Assembly: GCA_965153285.1 (NCBI GenBank)
Contig: OZ229116.1
Source of the DNA: Podarcis tiliguerta
Lineage: Eukaryota
Length of the DNA: 64,000 nt
Reading direction: 5' to 3' (one strand)
Notes under the pieces: model-generated
The model's input: only the letters and a program-made list of their open reading frames with translations
The model's database searches: none
Told to the model about the DNA's origin: nothing
Shown: in pieces, positions 1 through 13,800 of the stretch
How the letters are laid out: the number at the start of each line of letters is the position of its first letter
How positions within the stretch are numbered: the stretch's first letter is position 1
Program-made: the position numbers and the translations under genes

Positions 1-328
1 GCATCACAAAAAAACATTTATCTAGGCATGGATCTTCATGAGTTTTGCAGAGGGTGACAAAAAACCAACAAATCAACAAATATATGTGGATACAGGGGTT
101 AACTATGGTTTGATGGTGGTTTTGAGGAGTTCCCTTTTGAAAAAGGATGAGGACCCATAGGGATCTATGCCTCTGATCAATGGTTCAGTCAATAGGAACA
201 GATGTGATCTGTGATGTGGTGCTGCTGGTAAGCCTGTGAAAAAAACCTGAAGTTTCAAGAGGATGGGTGTTCCCTGGTCTGACATGGGTGTACATGTGTG
301 CATGTTTCTCCTGTCTCTGCCCCTCCAT

Positions 329-365
329 TCTGTCTGTCTGTATGTCTGTCTGTTGTCTGTCTGTG
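329..365. repeat. Imperfect (TCTG)n microsatellite
   Basis: Seen directly. Confidence 0.7.
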
Positions 366-3300
366 TCTCTTTCTCCAGGTCTTTCTTCCACCTGGATTCA
401 TGTGGCATCCTACTATCACCTCACCTTCCCCTTCATTACTATGTTTTCCTTCTCTCAGTCACCCAGATCATTCTCCTTCCTCTCTGATACCCACTTTCTT
501 TCTTACCTCTTGGTCATTTTGTTGTGAGTCTTAAAAAGCACACAGAGCTTTGCATTTTGCTCTTCCCACCACCTCCTCCAGCTGTATGTACTCATAATAA
601 AAGCGGTAGTGAGCACAGAGAGGGGGCACACATAGGTCTTACATGTGCCAGGGGAGGTCCTCATAACTGCCATTGCATCCATAGATGCCATATTGACATT
701 CCAAACCTGGGCAAATACAAGCATATTTGCCTGGTGCTGGCAAGACAAGAAACTTGGTGCCAGTGTACCTCTGTGTCGAGAGCATTTAACAGGCATGGCA
801 TCACCCCCTCTCCTTGGTTACCACCTGCCAATTGTCACTTAAAATGTAGCTGGGTCTGTTTGAGAAGAGCTATGTTATTTGGAGATTCTCAAGATTCACT
901 CTCAAAGCCAAAATTTTGCCCTGAACCTGTAAGATTTGCAAAGAGCAGGATTTTGCTAAAGTACGGTACTTGCTAAGAAAATCACTCCCACACAATTTCC
1001 CAGCTTTTTTGAGCCCATCTGCTGCCTTTTTCCAAGAGGGGAAATGCTTCCATTTCTTTGCAAATAAAAATGAAGGAAAGTTACTACCATCCCTCATCCC
1101 AAATATTCCATCCCCAAGGCCTGAAAATTGGGAGGAACGGGCTGCGCTGAGTTGTGGACATCACTGTTCTAGCCAAATCAATCCCATCTGTGAAAGCTGC
1201 ATTTCCTTGATTAAATTCTCAGAGCTTGGCACAAGCGTAACAATTTATTGGTTTGCCAAGGTAGGGAGGAGGAAGGTTAAGATGTTATTTCCCCCCCTGT
1301 GCAACCATTTTAGTAAAGGGACAGTAGAAGAGGCAATTCTACTGTACAAAGGGTCCTTAGCAGCACAGATCTTATAAGAAGCCACCATACAAAAGCCTAT
1401 CAAACAAAATACTATGGTGAGATGCACAGATTATCTAACTTCTTTTCTTCTTACTCTATTGCAGTATGAATTTGCTCAGAGCTGAAGTGATAGGGAGGAT
1501 ATGTTTAACCCTTTTCCCACTGACCATTTGGCAATTAGCGTGGCCAGATGTAAAAGCAGACAGTGTTCTTTAATAGTTGTGTAGAAGTGGGAGTTTTAGA
1601 AGGTGCAGCATATGTGACAAGCTATGCCTGCTCCAAGTCCCATTTCTGCATAACTAGCGAAGGTGTAGGTGTTCTGTCCTCTTTCACGTCTCATAACTCA
1701 GTCAACACACTTTGATTATGAAGGGGCCTTGAGGTGAATGCTGTGGTTTAATGAAAGCTGTTATTAGAAGCGCTAAGTCTGGGTAGTGTTGAGTGTTCCT
1801 AGTTGCTGTCATATCCTAATAGTTGGAGTGCACACAGAATTAGGGACTATTCCTTTCGTGTAATTTTGGGCAAGTCAGCACACAGCCTGGTGTGTAGGCC
1901 TATGCACATAGAGGGCTATGGAAAAGAACCTGTAAATCTTTCCCCTACCATGCCAAACTACATCATCTTTCTTATGAACTTGCTGTTTAGTATGAATAGC
2001 CTCTCCATTCCAGTTCCCAAACCCAACAACAGAGAAAATTAAGCCTACAGCTACCTCACTGATGTTTGTTTGTTGTTTTGCTTCTTAAAGAATAATGCTC
2101 CCTTGAAAAACATGTATTATTCTTCAGTGATCTCTCCTTTCTATTCTTGCTGATCTTCAGATTGCACTGACCAACTGCTTCCCTACAGAGGGCAAGTTAG
2201 TGGTGGACTTGGTTAGATGCTAATCCTTTGTTATGTCCTTGCATTTGGAAGTCAGCAGCTGACAATTTCTTTGCCAAATCTGACTCACTTGTGATGCTAG
2301 ATGATGAAAGTGGGAAAAGGATGGAGTGCCATTTGTGGCATTTGGATACAAATAGGCCGAGTTGGACAGTGGGGGGTTGGGGCTTCATTCCCACCGCATT
2401 CCTTTATGCAGGTGGTCTTACAGCAAAAGTAGCTGTTGGTCTAACTCCCTGCCAGGCTAGTGAACAGAGAAACTTGCCTCCCACATTCCTTGGATTTTGA
2501 AGGAAAAGAGAGGCCAGGCAAATGGAAGACACTCCATTTCTCTATGCAAAATGTGGATATAACCAATTTTTCCAAAGTGGGTACTTCTGAAAACAAGAGC
2601 AGATGGCAGAGGTAAATGATTAAAACTAGAACTCAGCTTTGGTTGAATTAAGATGTCAGCTCACTGCCTGAGCTGAGTATGAATTTCAGGGCAGGGCACT
2701 ATTTGGAGGAAATGGAAAATTGGAGCATTCTTTTTCAGGAAAACTTGCCAGATTCACTATCAATTTCCAGGATTTTCAGAAAAACCTTTAGAGACACAGT
2801 CTGTTATAGAAAAAATACAAACCTGAAAGACCAACAATTTTGCTATGGTTTGGATTTAAGTCTGCTTCCCCAGGTGAGAATACACATAAGACCTGTTTGT
2901 GTGTTCACCTGAACACTTGTAGCCTCAAAGTGGCTATGGGCAGAGATGAGCATGCTTAAGCCCCATTCTAACAGCCCCTGGCCACACAGGCTTCCTTTTA
3001 GACATCTGCACAGGGTTTCTAAGTGCATTCATGGGAACATGCTTCAAATCCTCATTGTGAAGAAAAACCCTGATAAGACAGGGATCCTGACAGTGATAAG
3101 GTCTCTAAGCACATTCAACCAAATGCAAGTGGCTGGGACTTTAATGTGCAGCCCTTCTTGTCCCCACTTTGAGCCCGCACAAGTTCAGGAAATTGCCTGA
3201 ATGGGAGCATCATTAAGGTGAAGTCAACAAGCTTTAATTTTCATTTTCAACTAGTGAATTGGGAGCCAGTTTGATGAATCCAGTGGCAGTCAGGAGAATG

Positions 3301-4821
3301 TGTCTATTGACTCTAACAGTTAAGTTCTTGCTGTGCTTGTGCATTCTGATTAGTCACAGGAGTGTCTGCATTTTGCTCTGGCTACCCTTTCCAGAATGGT
3401 GTGAACCGTCAGCCACATTCAGTCCAGCCAGAGGCACCCAAATCAACTGCTACTTGGAGGCTGTTTTATCTTATTCCCCATAGCAACAGCCTCAGCGTAT
3501 CAGTCTGCTCACATCTAGCATCTTGCCACAAAGTTTGGCACAGAAATAGCTTTGTGTGGCAGGGAGAAAATTTCCCAGCCTGCGAGGTGCGATGCTGCGT
3601 GTAAACGGCTTGCTACCTGAAGAAGGCTGCTCTGGAGAATAATTTCAGATGGTCTGTGCGTCATGGCTGTCCATCAGCGCAGCCTTTGCTAGTGCAGGTC
3701 AGGCTCTTGGGTGCTGTTTCCTGGGAGACAACTGGCAGTCAGGAAATGTGTGAATGTCAGAAAGCAGTTTGGTTGGTGCTTCTCTGCTCTGATCTCTGCA
3801 GGCGGGAAGTGTCAACCTCTGTGCTGCTACTTCTGGCAGCTGGTAGAGCCACTCTAAAGGATGGCGAGACCTGATTAAATAGAATGCAGCTTGGCAGGCA
3901 AGAGACAGCAGGGCCTGCAGTATGTAATTGAATGGCAAGTGATGGATTATTCACCTTCTGTCCCCTCCATACTGGGAGAATCAACAGGATAATAAAGCAG
4001 AAGGGGCACACTGACCTTTGGGTATTTTTAGCTGTGTGCGCTGGGGCAGATACAGTTACGGTCATAGCTCTGCTCCTGGAAGTCCTGCAGGGAAACAGCA
4101 GGTTTCACATTCTGGTGCCTGTACATTCATTCTCCAGGAAAGTAGAGAGGGAGGGAAACCGGGCTCCATCTCCTCATTAAAACCGTGCTTTTTAGGATTT
4201 CCAGAAATTTTGCATACTGCTGCTGATACTGAAGATTGTGTATAGACATCATGATTAGTAGCCACTGATAGCTTTATCCTGCCCTGCATTTCTCAGATCC
4301 CTTTTAAAAGCCACCCGAGTTGGTGGCCATCACCACTGTTTCTGGGAACAAATTCCATAGTTTTACTATGTGCTCTGCTTCTGGTATCTGTGCGATGGCC
4401 GTGGAGGTTGTGGGTATTGATTTCACATCTTTACAGTGTTGAGTCTTCTGTTCAATGCTGAACACCCCACTGTGTAATGTTACTACATCCTTGACTTTTG
4501 TTAACTCTTTATTAACCAGCTAGGGAGAAGAAGGATTTAAGTCCTTGCAAATATAGGAGTAAATACTGACTAAAATTTTCCACTGGACTGCCCAGCAAGG
4601 ACTGGACAAGGGGCTCAGAAATATTCTGTGGTTTGTAAGAATAGATGGAAGCATGTAAATGTATATCCTTCATGCACCTGTCCTCTGTTGTTATTCCACA
4701 TTAGATTTTTCAGCTGGAATATTCAGAAATGATGTGTCTTAAAATAGAGAGAGTGGCATTTTGACCATCCTTTGAAATGAAACTTGCCCTTTTCCTCATC
4801 TGAAGTCTTTTCTCTCTTTAG

Positions 4822-7800
4822 ACAACCTATGGAACGACCAGAATCTGGAGGCAGATCTTGATCTTCCCCCAGGATGGAGGAAAATCCACGACTCCTCTGG
4901 GACCTACTACTGGCATGTGCCCACGGGTACCACCCAGTGGCAACACCCATCTTGCCCCCCTGGTTTAGCGCACACTGGGGAAGCTGCATTGCCAGACACG
5001 GTATCAGGATTCCAAAGCCTTTTTGTGTATGATTGATGGGACCCATGTGAAAAGTAATGCCAGCAGCCCAACCCTTGTTCTCTCTAGGGCTGCTGTTTTT
5101 CTTTACATACTGTATACCCATAAATGCACTCGCCTGTCTCTCGTGGTGACACATATACAGAGCCTTGTGTGGTAAAATTTAACAGAGTAGTAACTGGGGA
5201 CTGTCAGTCCCACCTGGCACCATTTGTAGGTTTGCATGCTTCTGCGTGATCTTGTTCTTACTGGGCAACAGGGACTTCTGGCTTTCAAAGCTGACACCAA
5301 AGACTGATAACACCCAGAGGGCATGAACTGGTGGGGTCAACTGAGTCACTTGAATAGGTGAACAGCTGTGGAGAGAGGGAGATTACAGCTGCATTTTCCA
5401 TGGCGCTTCTGCTGTAAAATGCAATGACTTAAAAAGCTTAAATTCATTTACTTGGATTGATTTCAGTGGGTCTTCCAGGTATGTTTAGGATTGCAGCATT
5501 AGTCAGCAGAAGCTATCCAGTAAGGTACTGTGAATGCCTAGGATAAAATAGATGTAATCAATGCTAAAATCTATTGATTTGCCATAATGATCTTTTTTTA
5601 TTCATGCAGTAAAGTAACATTGTCTATTGGGGTACCAAACTGCTTTCCATTAGGACTTGGCTCAATGCATCTGTTTTGAAAATCATGATGGAATTTGCTT
5701 TTTCAGAAGAAAACAAATGGAGAGTACAACAAAATATGTCCTCAGCTCCTTTCAGAAGTTCTCTTCTTCACAGCTCCAGCCAGCCCAAAACAGAAGTCCT
5801 TGTAGTGCTGCTTGGGGCTTGCAGATGACATGTTTGTTTTTTTCTTTCCCACCTTTCTGAAATGTTCCTGTGCTGTCTAAATAGTGCTAAAGGACTCAGT
5901 ACTTCATTAGAAGTGTGGGGATAAGAGCTTTTTAATATCAAGGTGTACATCCCTCCAGAGTACTATAGGGGCTTAAGCTGGCCAATTCCCTCTCCCCCTC
6001 CTCCTGGGATTTTCCTTTCTTTTTTATATAAAAAAATCATCACAAATGTTTCATGGCTCAACTGCTCACAACCATAGACTGAATTTCTACATACACACTT
6101 TAGCTGCTTAGCTGAGCCTCAATGTTAATAAAACAACAGTGCCAGATTCTCTTCACTTTCACAACCTTCTTTTCTGTCCTCCTTCAGGACCTTCAGGTTG
6201 CAACAGTAAGACGTCTGCCAAGGGAGAGACCTATCCCAAGTCCGATGGCATCGCTGCCCAGAAGGTAGGGTTGTCTCCTGGGGGCAGGGGCACTTCATCC
6301 AAACACTAGGGCACATCGAATCTGAGTAAAAGTGAAAGAGAGCTCTCGGGCTTGTTCATGGTCTCTTCTGGTGACTTCACAGGTAACCTAGCTCTGTGCA
6401 GATGCAGAAGCAAGCAGGTTTGCTTCCATCCCACAAAAGTTAGTCTTTGGTCTAACTTTTGAGTTGGTCTTTGATCTAACTTTTGAGTTGGTCTTTGGTC
6501 TAACTTTTGAGTCATAAAGAAATACTGATCCTCTGCTCCAATCTCCATCCTGCTCAGATGGCTCCACCAAAATGGGAAAGGACTGGGATTGCAAAGTACA
6601 GGCTGGAGATGCCTAAATGTAAAGGTAAAGGTACCCCTGCCCGTACGGGCCAGTCTTGACAGACTCTAGGGTTGTGCGCTCATCTCACTCTATAGGCCGG
6701 GAGCCAGCCCTGTCCGAAGACACTTCTGGGTCACGTGGCCAGCATGACGAAGCTACTCTGGCAAGCCAGAGCCGCACACGGAAATGCCGTTTACCTTCCC
6801 GCTAGTAAGCGGTCCCTATTTATCTACTTGCACCCGGGGGTTCTTTCGAACTGCTAGGTTGGCAGGCGCTGGGACCGAGCAACGGGAGCGCACCCCGCCG
6901 CAGGGATTCGAACTGCCGACCATGCGATCGGCAAGTCCTAGGCGCTGAGGTTTTACCCACAGCGCCACCCGTGTCCCTAGGAGGTGCCTAGTCCCTGCAA
7001 ATTACATCAACAGGGTTAGAGCTGACAAGCCTTTGCTTAGGACCAATGGAGGCTGGTACCATTGAATTAAACTTAATGTAAGTGAATTAAACTTAATGAT
7101 GTGATGAGAGTACGATGAGATCCACAGCTGCCACTCTGGGGATGAACAGACGCTCGCTAGAGTTATGCCACGACTGAGAACCTCCATGTCACTGCTTTGC
7201 TTGTCTACCTGTTACAGGACATCAGTGAGCTGGCATGGGGAGGAGCATCACCAGGGCAACCCAGAGCTTGGCTCCAAGGTACAGTCAGGTGAGGTGGGGG
7301 ACACAGGGGGTACGTAGCTCAGAAACATGGCTGATTGAGGAAGCCCCTTCCTTTGAGGCAAGGGGTCCAGATTCAGCATAGGTAAGGCCCTTCCTTGGAG
7401 GCTGCTGCAGAAAATTTACCCCTCTGTGAGCTTTGTTTGTTTGTTTATTAAATTTGTATACTGCCCTATACCCATATATCTTAGAGCAGTTCACAACACA
7501 ATACATCAGGCTCTTCATTGGAACCTGAGAGTCTCTCTCTTATTTTGGAGAAGCTGGCATGTGTCACCTTCCGGTATTGCTCTGAAAATCATAGCAACTG
7601 CTTTGAATATTCCCTTGGCATTTTACAGTGCATTCCCAGTATCACTCAATATGTTTTAACTACCCTTTCATTCATGTGAAAGATTGGTTAGATGGTATAA
7701 ATGAGTAATCTATGCATGTTGAGTGGTCTTATCCATGTCCTTTGTGATGTTCCCTCAACTATCCTTGAACCCTGTGGCCCCTTTCCTTGATAAAATAGTT

Positions 7801-10800
7801 TATCAAGTAACTGAACTATTTTTAACTGGGTAACCTATGAGTTTTTTTTAAAACTGAATGATACCTCTCTTAAAATTATTTTTAAAAATTACAAGCTCCT
7901 TCCCCAGAACTTAAACACAGCCCAGGTATTTTGGAATTGATTGTTTTAGTTGGATAAGTTGTAATTTTAATTGTGAACTGCCTTGTGTGCTGTGCTTGGT
8001 GAAGACAGATGACTAACTGTGCCACACATCCCTGTTGTCAGATAAACATGTATGAAGTACCCTGCCTCAGAAGAATAAGTTATTCAATCCAGAGTTACCT
8101 AATACCTAATCAGAATTAAACAGCTCTTAAATCACACAGGGCTGCAAGTCCAATTTATAGCAAAATAGTAATTAAAGAATGCTTTAGAAAGCGGGAGAGG
8201 GAAGGACTTTCTAAAAGCAAATTTTCAGGATTCGGAACTTCTAGCACTTCCAGTCAGATATTATCTGCAGAAGAACTTGTCTCTGATGTGGGCAGGAGAT
8301 AATGGCCTTTCCCACCCATACCCTTTTAGGTAGGTTTATCCTTTAGGTAGGTTTATCCAGGTGATCCCTGCAGTATCACCTGTGATTTCTTTCATTTTGA
8401 GAGTTCACATACAATTACACAGAGCTGGTTTGCTGTTTCCTTCTCTCACCAGAAGGCGTGCCGTCCAACTTTTTTGGAGCCAAAACCAGGACGTGTGTCT
8501 TCTGGGATGCGCTCCTGGGTGCTGCATGGCCCTAAAAAAGTGATTTTTGTTCAGGGCAAGAGCACAGCACAAGAGTGCAGCACCCAAAATGGCCACCACA
8601 ATCTCCCGTGAAAAAACAGGATGTCCTGGGGCACTTGGGAAGTATGGGAATGAGGGGAAGTGTTTTTCCTACATGGGTAAATAGAGATTTGGAGTAAGGC
8701 AATTAAAGACTAGTTCACTGACACACCAGTCTTAACAAGCTACAATTTGATGAGGGAAAAGAAGCTAGGAAAGCCTCACTTTCTATACCTCTAGTCTTTC
8801 TCCATGCAGTGCAAGGAGTGGGTGCAAACCTCAGAGGCCCAGGGGCTGAGTGTGACCCTCCAGGCCTCTTTCCCCAGACCACACTCCTCACTGGCCCTGC
8901 ACCCTTCTTGAATGTTTCTGCCTGCCTGGGATGTGTCACTGAACACTGATAATGCCTACTGATTGTCTAGGTGGAGGACAGAGAGGGGCGTGAGTAGGAA
9001 CTCATCTATTGTGCAAAGGTGAAAACCACATTTCTTAGAATAATAGAATTGTAGAGTTGGAAGGGACCCCAAAGGTCATCTAGTCCAGTCCCTCTTGCTC
9101 CACCCACTTTTGCCTCTGGCATGTGAGCCATGGCCCCCTCCAAAGGATTGCAGCCCTCAGGCTGAAAAAAGTTCCCCATCCCTAATCTGGTGGGACATCC
9201 TACGAATAAGGACAGGCACGAGGACTCCTTTGTGACATACAATGTGGTAAAGAAGAGCACAATGAATTTGGCAGTGATGGTATCAGTTGATGCTCTCCAG
9301 AAGTGTTCATGATGGCTAGATTTGAGGTACAGTCAGGGAGGGAGGGGCTGCTCCAGTTCACATGAGCTGAAAAGTTCACAAACAGCTGCCAATGGCCTGG
9401 TGAGCTAGGAAGGCTGGCGACACGCCTTATGGTGACCCCTCCGCCCCTCTCTTGCCAGTGCTTCGTTGTGCGCTCATTGGGCTGGGTAGAAATCCCCGAG
9501 GAGGACTTGGCTCCTGGCAAAAGCAGCATTGCCGTGAATAACTGCATCCAGCAGCTCTCCCAGAACAAGTGTGACGACTGGGACCCTGCAGACAGGTGGG
9601 GCGAGGTGAGTGCGGGAGGCCCAGGGAAAGATCTACTCAAATGTGTTCTCCCACGTAGACTTCCAGCAGCCCTTGTGCTGTATGCAGCCATAGGGGCCAA
9701 CTCCTATGTGGATGAGCATTGTCATTCCAATGGTGTGCTGGTACCACATCTTGTGATCAATTATGTGAGACGGGGTTCACCTGCCCCTACTGGCGGAGGA
9801 AGGGGGTGTGGTAGGTGCCGTCTGCCCCGGGTGTCATCCATGGGGGGGTTGACATCACTGCCCTGCCCCCCTGGGGCGCCTGCCCCGCTCCTGCGGCTAG
9901 CCCCGCCCCCAGGTGCACAGCATGTGTGCCACTCTGGGCACTGAAGCAACTAGCTCCACCTCTGTCTGCCCCCTCCATATTTTATTCAAGTTGTCACCCT
10001 TCAATGGAGCAATTGATTTCCTGGGTCTAGGCACTGCTTTGCATCCTTTCCACCTTTGGCAGGGACGCAGGCATGAGCAGCTGGGTGTCCCCATTCCTCT
10101 TCCTTGTACATATTTGCCAAAAATGCACCCATTCAGTCCATGGCATTACATACAGGTGTTCTTATGCACTGCTGGGTGGATAAACATGCCAGTCCCTGTT
10201 TTCCCTAGGAAAGGGACATCATTGTCGCTCTAGTTGCAAGAGGCAAGTGGAAGTTTTTTCCTACCCCTGCACTGTATCTCAGTCACAGTCCTCTAGTCTT
10301 CCCTTTACAGGGCCAAAACATGGTGATGATCCTGAAGAAGGACACAATGAGTTTAGTGGATCCTTTGGACCAGAGCCTCATCCACTCCCAACCCATCATC
10401 AACATCCGTGTCTGGGGTGTGGGATGCAACCACGGCAGGTGAGGGAACCTTTGCTCTGGGGGTGGAGAGGAGAGGGCATTTTCTGCTGCTGGAAATTAAT
10501 ATGAAGGATGACTCCTCAGTCTTTTAGCATTGCACCAAACTGAGCCACAGGCCCCGTAGGAGGGAGAATCTTGAAATGGTGGTCTCTCTCTCATTCTCTC
10601 TCTCTGTGTCCATCTTGCTGTCCTCACCTTGCCATGAGGTCCTTCTGCTCAATACAAAGAAACCTTTGCTCTTCTTGCCAGAAACTATTACAGCTGATAG
10701 CACACAGACCATTAAGAGGGTTGCTTCTTGAGGGATTCTGAATTAACCAGTTTTCTCTCTCTTTCCCTACATGCTGTGCTTGACTCAAGGGACAGGTAAG

Positions 10801-13800
10801 GCCCCTTCTTCCTTCTGCAGCAAGGACCAGTGCCTGGAGCCCTGCCCTTGCTTACTGGGCTCTCCTCTCCTTGCAGGGATTTTGCTTTCGTGGCCAGTGA
10901 CAAGGACACGTGTATGCTGAAGTGCCACGTCTTCCACTGCAATGTGCCTGCCAAGGCCATTGCCAAGGCCCTGCATGAAATGTGCTCCAAGGTATCCCTG
11001 CTGATTCTGGCATGGTTCTTTCCCTACATACACACATGCACACACGAGGAAGGAAGATTGTCCCAACCCCTGAAGTGCAGCACCAGTCCCCTGCACCGGG
11101 CTGCTCTCATTTTGCAAGGAGGTGGCAGGTGGAATTTCATCCTGGTTGGCTGGGGGCTGGAAGAAATTCCTCTGAACCATGCATTCATCGGACCTCTGTA
11201 TTAAACGAATCTTGTCAGATTTCTAGGAGTCTAGCAGTCCTTGTTGGTGGAGGGGCACAGCTATAAGGAGAGTGGCAATTCTGTGCATGCTTACTTGGCA
11301 GTAAGTCCTACTGAAAGAAGGGGAACCTGCTTCTGAGTAAACATTCATAAAGCTAATGGGATTCCCACTTGAATTGCAACTTCTAGCCATGTCATTGAAG
11401 ACTGGGAATGTTCTTTCTATACTTTCTCCTGGGTTACCATCTAGGAGGGTCTTCTCCCTGAGCTTTGCCACCACCACTACCCAAGTTTAGGTGGGAAGTT
11501 CCAGCAGGTGGTCCCAACTTTTCATGACCTTTCTCTGTATTACAGATCATGGCTGAGCGAGCCGTGGCAAGTAGCAGCCTCAGCCGATCTGTTACCTTTG
11601 AACCTGTCACTCCAGATGACGTCTCTCTACAAGGTAACAGAAGTTACAAATCCCATGAGTCCCTTTCTGGGGCACCTGTCAGCACTTTATCAGTTCCGTG
11701 CTCTGACAGAATTGAATTACGGTATTCCCATCCTTGGTCTAAAGAAGCATCCCTGTTTCTTACTTGAAATAAAGTGCTGGGTTTGGCTAATAGGACTCTC
11801 CACCCACCCTGCCACCCTGCCAGTTGGCTGGGAGAAGGTTGAGAGAACCCTCAGAACTGTGTCTGGGAAGAGGAGAGGTTGTCCCATCAGGCAAACAGAA
11901 ATGTTTGTGCTGATGAAGCATTTGTTTCAGTGTGACACTGAATTCCTCCTTTTGCTTCGGGCAGTTGACATTCTGGATGCCGTGGGAGAGTCTGTCCGGA
12001 AATATGAAGCTTTGTATATTGGCACCTCACCAGTGTCCAAGGCCATGGGTAAGTAGCTGTGCTCTTTGAATTCTGCTACCTATCTCTGGTGTGTTCAGTG
12101 GGTGAAGTTATTGCTTATGGGGCACCTCCTCCTTTACCAAGTCTGTCAACTCCCAAAATCTGAAGCAGGGGCCCTTCTCTGCGCCCCAGTTATGGTGGAA
12201 GTCTTGAGAGAACCCTGTTCTCTGGCTGATGAGCATTCTCACTTTTCCTTGGATCACCCATTTATTTCTTGCCTCACCACTTCAGGGATGGATGTGCTAA
12301 ATACTGCCATCGAAGACCTGGTGGGCAGCCGTGGCCGTGACCAGTGGACTCCATCTGTTGTCAGTGTTTCAGACTCAGTGATGCAAGCAGAGCAAGCTGA
12401 GGTAAGGCTCCTTGTGATACTGGCCACCCTGGCAGCTTTCTCCTCTTACCAAGTGACTGACAGTAGCCCTCCTATCTGGCATCCTGCCTGCCCCAGAGGC
12501 TGAGAGACTGGAAAAGGAGCTAGACCAGAATGACAAGAGGACCGTTGGACTTTAGTGTAAAGCCAGTTGCTGAATGCCATAATCAGGGGTTTGCTACATG
12601 TAGTCAGGACATCTTAGCTCTACATATGCCAAGTAGAAATCCAGTGATTTCCCCTAGTTCATCTATGAGCTCTCTCCAGATGTTCAAGGCTACACAATCT
12701 ATGTTATGTGTGTGACCCCAAACTCTGTCCTGGAAGCATTTGATCATCATCAGCTTGATGGTGTAGGGATCCTCCATGAGCAGCGCAGGCTTCCTCCTGC
12801 AGATGTTTCTCCTCCAATGCAGGGAGGGCAGCAGAGCAGACATTGTGTTTATGAGTGCAGCCTCAGTATTTTACTGTACGCTAGCCATTTTCCATGGCAA
12901 TCGTGTGATCTAGACAAAGCTAAGCACTTTCAGATCCCATTTATTTCAGTGAAAGAGATTGATGCAACTGCTTAATTCTCCCACCAAAATCAATGGAACT
13001 TTAAAGTGCTTAGTTTTGGCTGGATCATACAAGTCCAATTGATTTCAATCAAAGAGTTGAACAGTTTCATCGATCTTTTCCACTGAAATCAATGGGACTG
13101 GATTATGTGAATAGTTTGATTTAATTTATTAAATACAAATTTGGAAAATAGTTCACTAGTGGGCATGCAAACCCCTCATTAGCCTTTTTTGTTCCCAGTG
13201 ATTTCAGTTTTCAGAGAACAGATGGCAAACACAATAACACTCTGAATCAAGACCAGAGAAAGTGACTTGTAGCTGATTTGTTCTACTGATTTCAATGAGA
13301 ACTAATCACAAGTTTCTGTGGAATGAGGCTGAGACAGTTACAAGACATATTTCCTTTTATTGATCTTTTTTTAAAAAAAATTCTGCCTGCACAAACCCTT
13401 TTTAGTCATAAATGCATATTTCTGAAACTGAAGGCAGAACTAAAAGAAATTTGTTTGAATAAACATTGGTGCAGTCAGAAAAATACCGATACATTCTGTT
13501 CATAGGCTCTCACAAAATAAAACAAACTGTCTATAAGAATTATGTGCTGGTGGCAGTTCTAATTGTTAGGCACAGTCTCAAAGCAGAATACCAGAATAAT
13601 GCTACCGCTTAAGATACATATTTTAGTGGTAGTCACAAATCATTAGGAGGCACTGCTGGGGTCTCCATTGAGATCCTGCATTGACTGACAGCTTCCTTGG
13701 TTCACTTGAGTATTCTTCACTCTGCACAACCCTCCACGTGTCTTTTTAAAAAATCAACCTTCTACTGCCCACCACCAAGAGTGCCAAAGGGTGGAGAAGG

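Noticed and set aside
1-4821. APBB3 first coding exon or SLC35A4
   Set aside because: No MLGKDYML-like exon or transporter ORF found; the short ORFs here have no recognisable homology.
6438-6512. CRISPR-like array of palindromic 24-bp repeats
   Set aside because: Units are contiguous with no spacers, there are no cas genes, and the context is a eukaryotic intron.
10796-10876. In-frame retention of the 81-nt intron after the microexon, or its internal AG acceptors
   Set aside because: Retention reads AGG TAA (stop); the AGs ending at 10820, 10824 and 10830 are out of frame.
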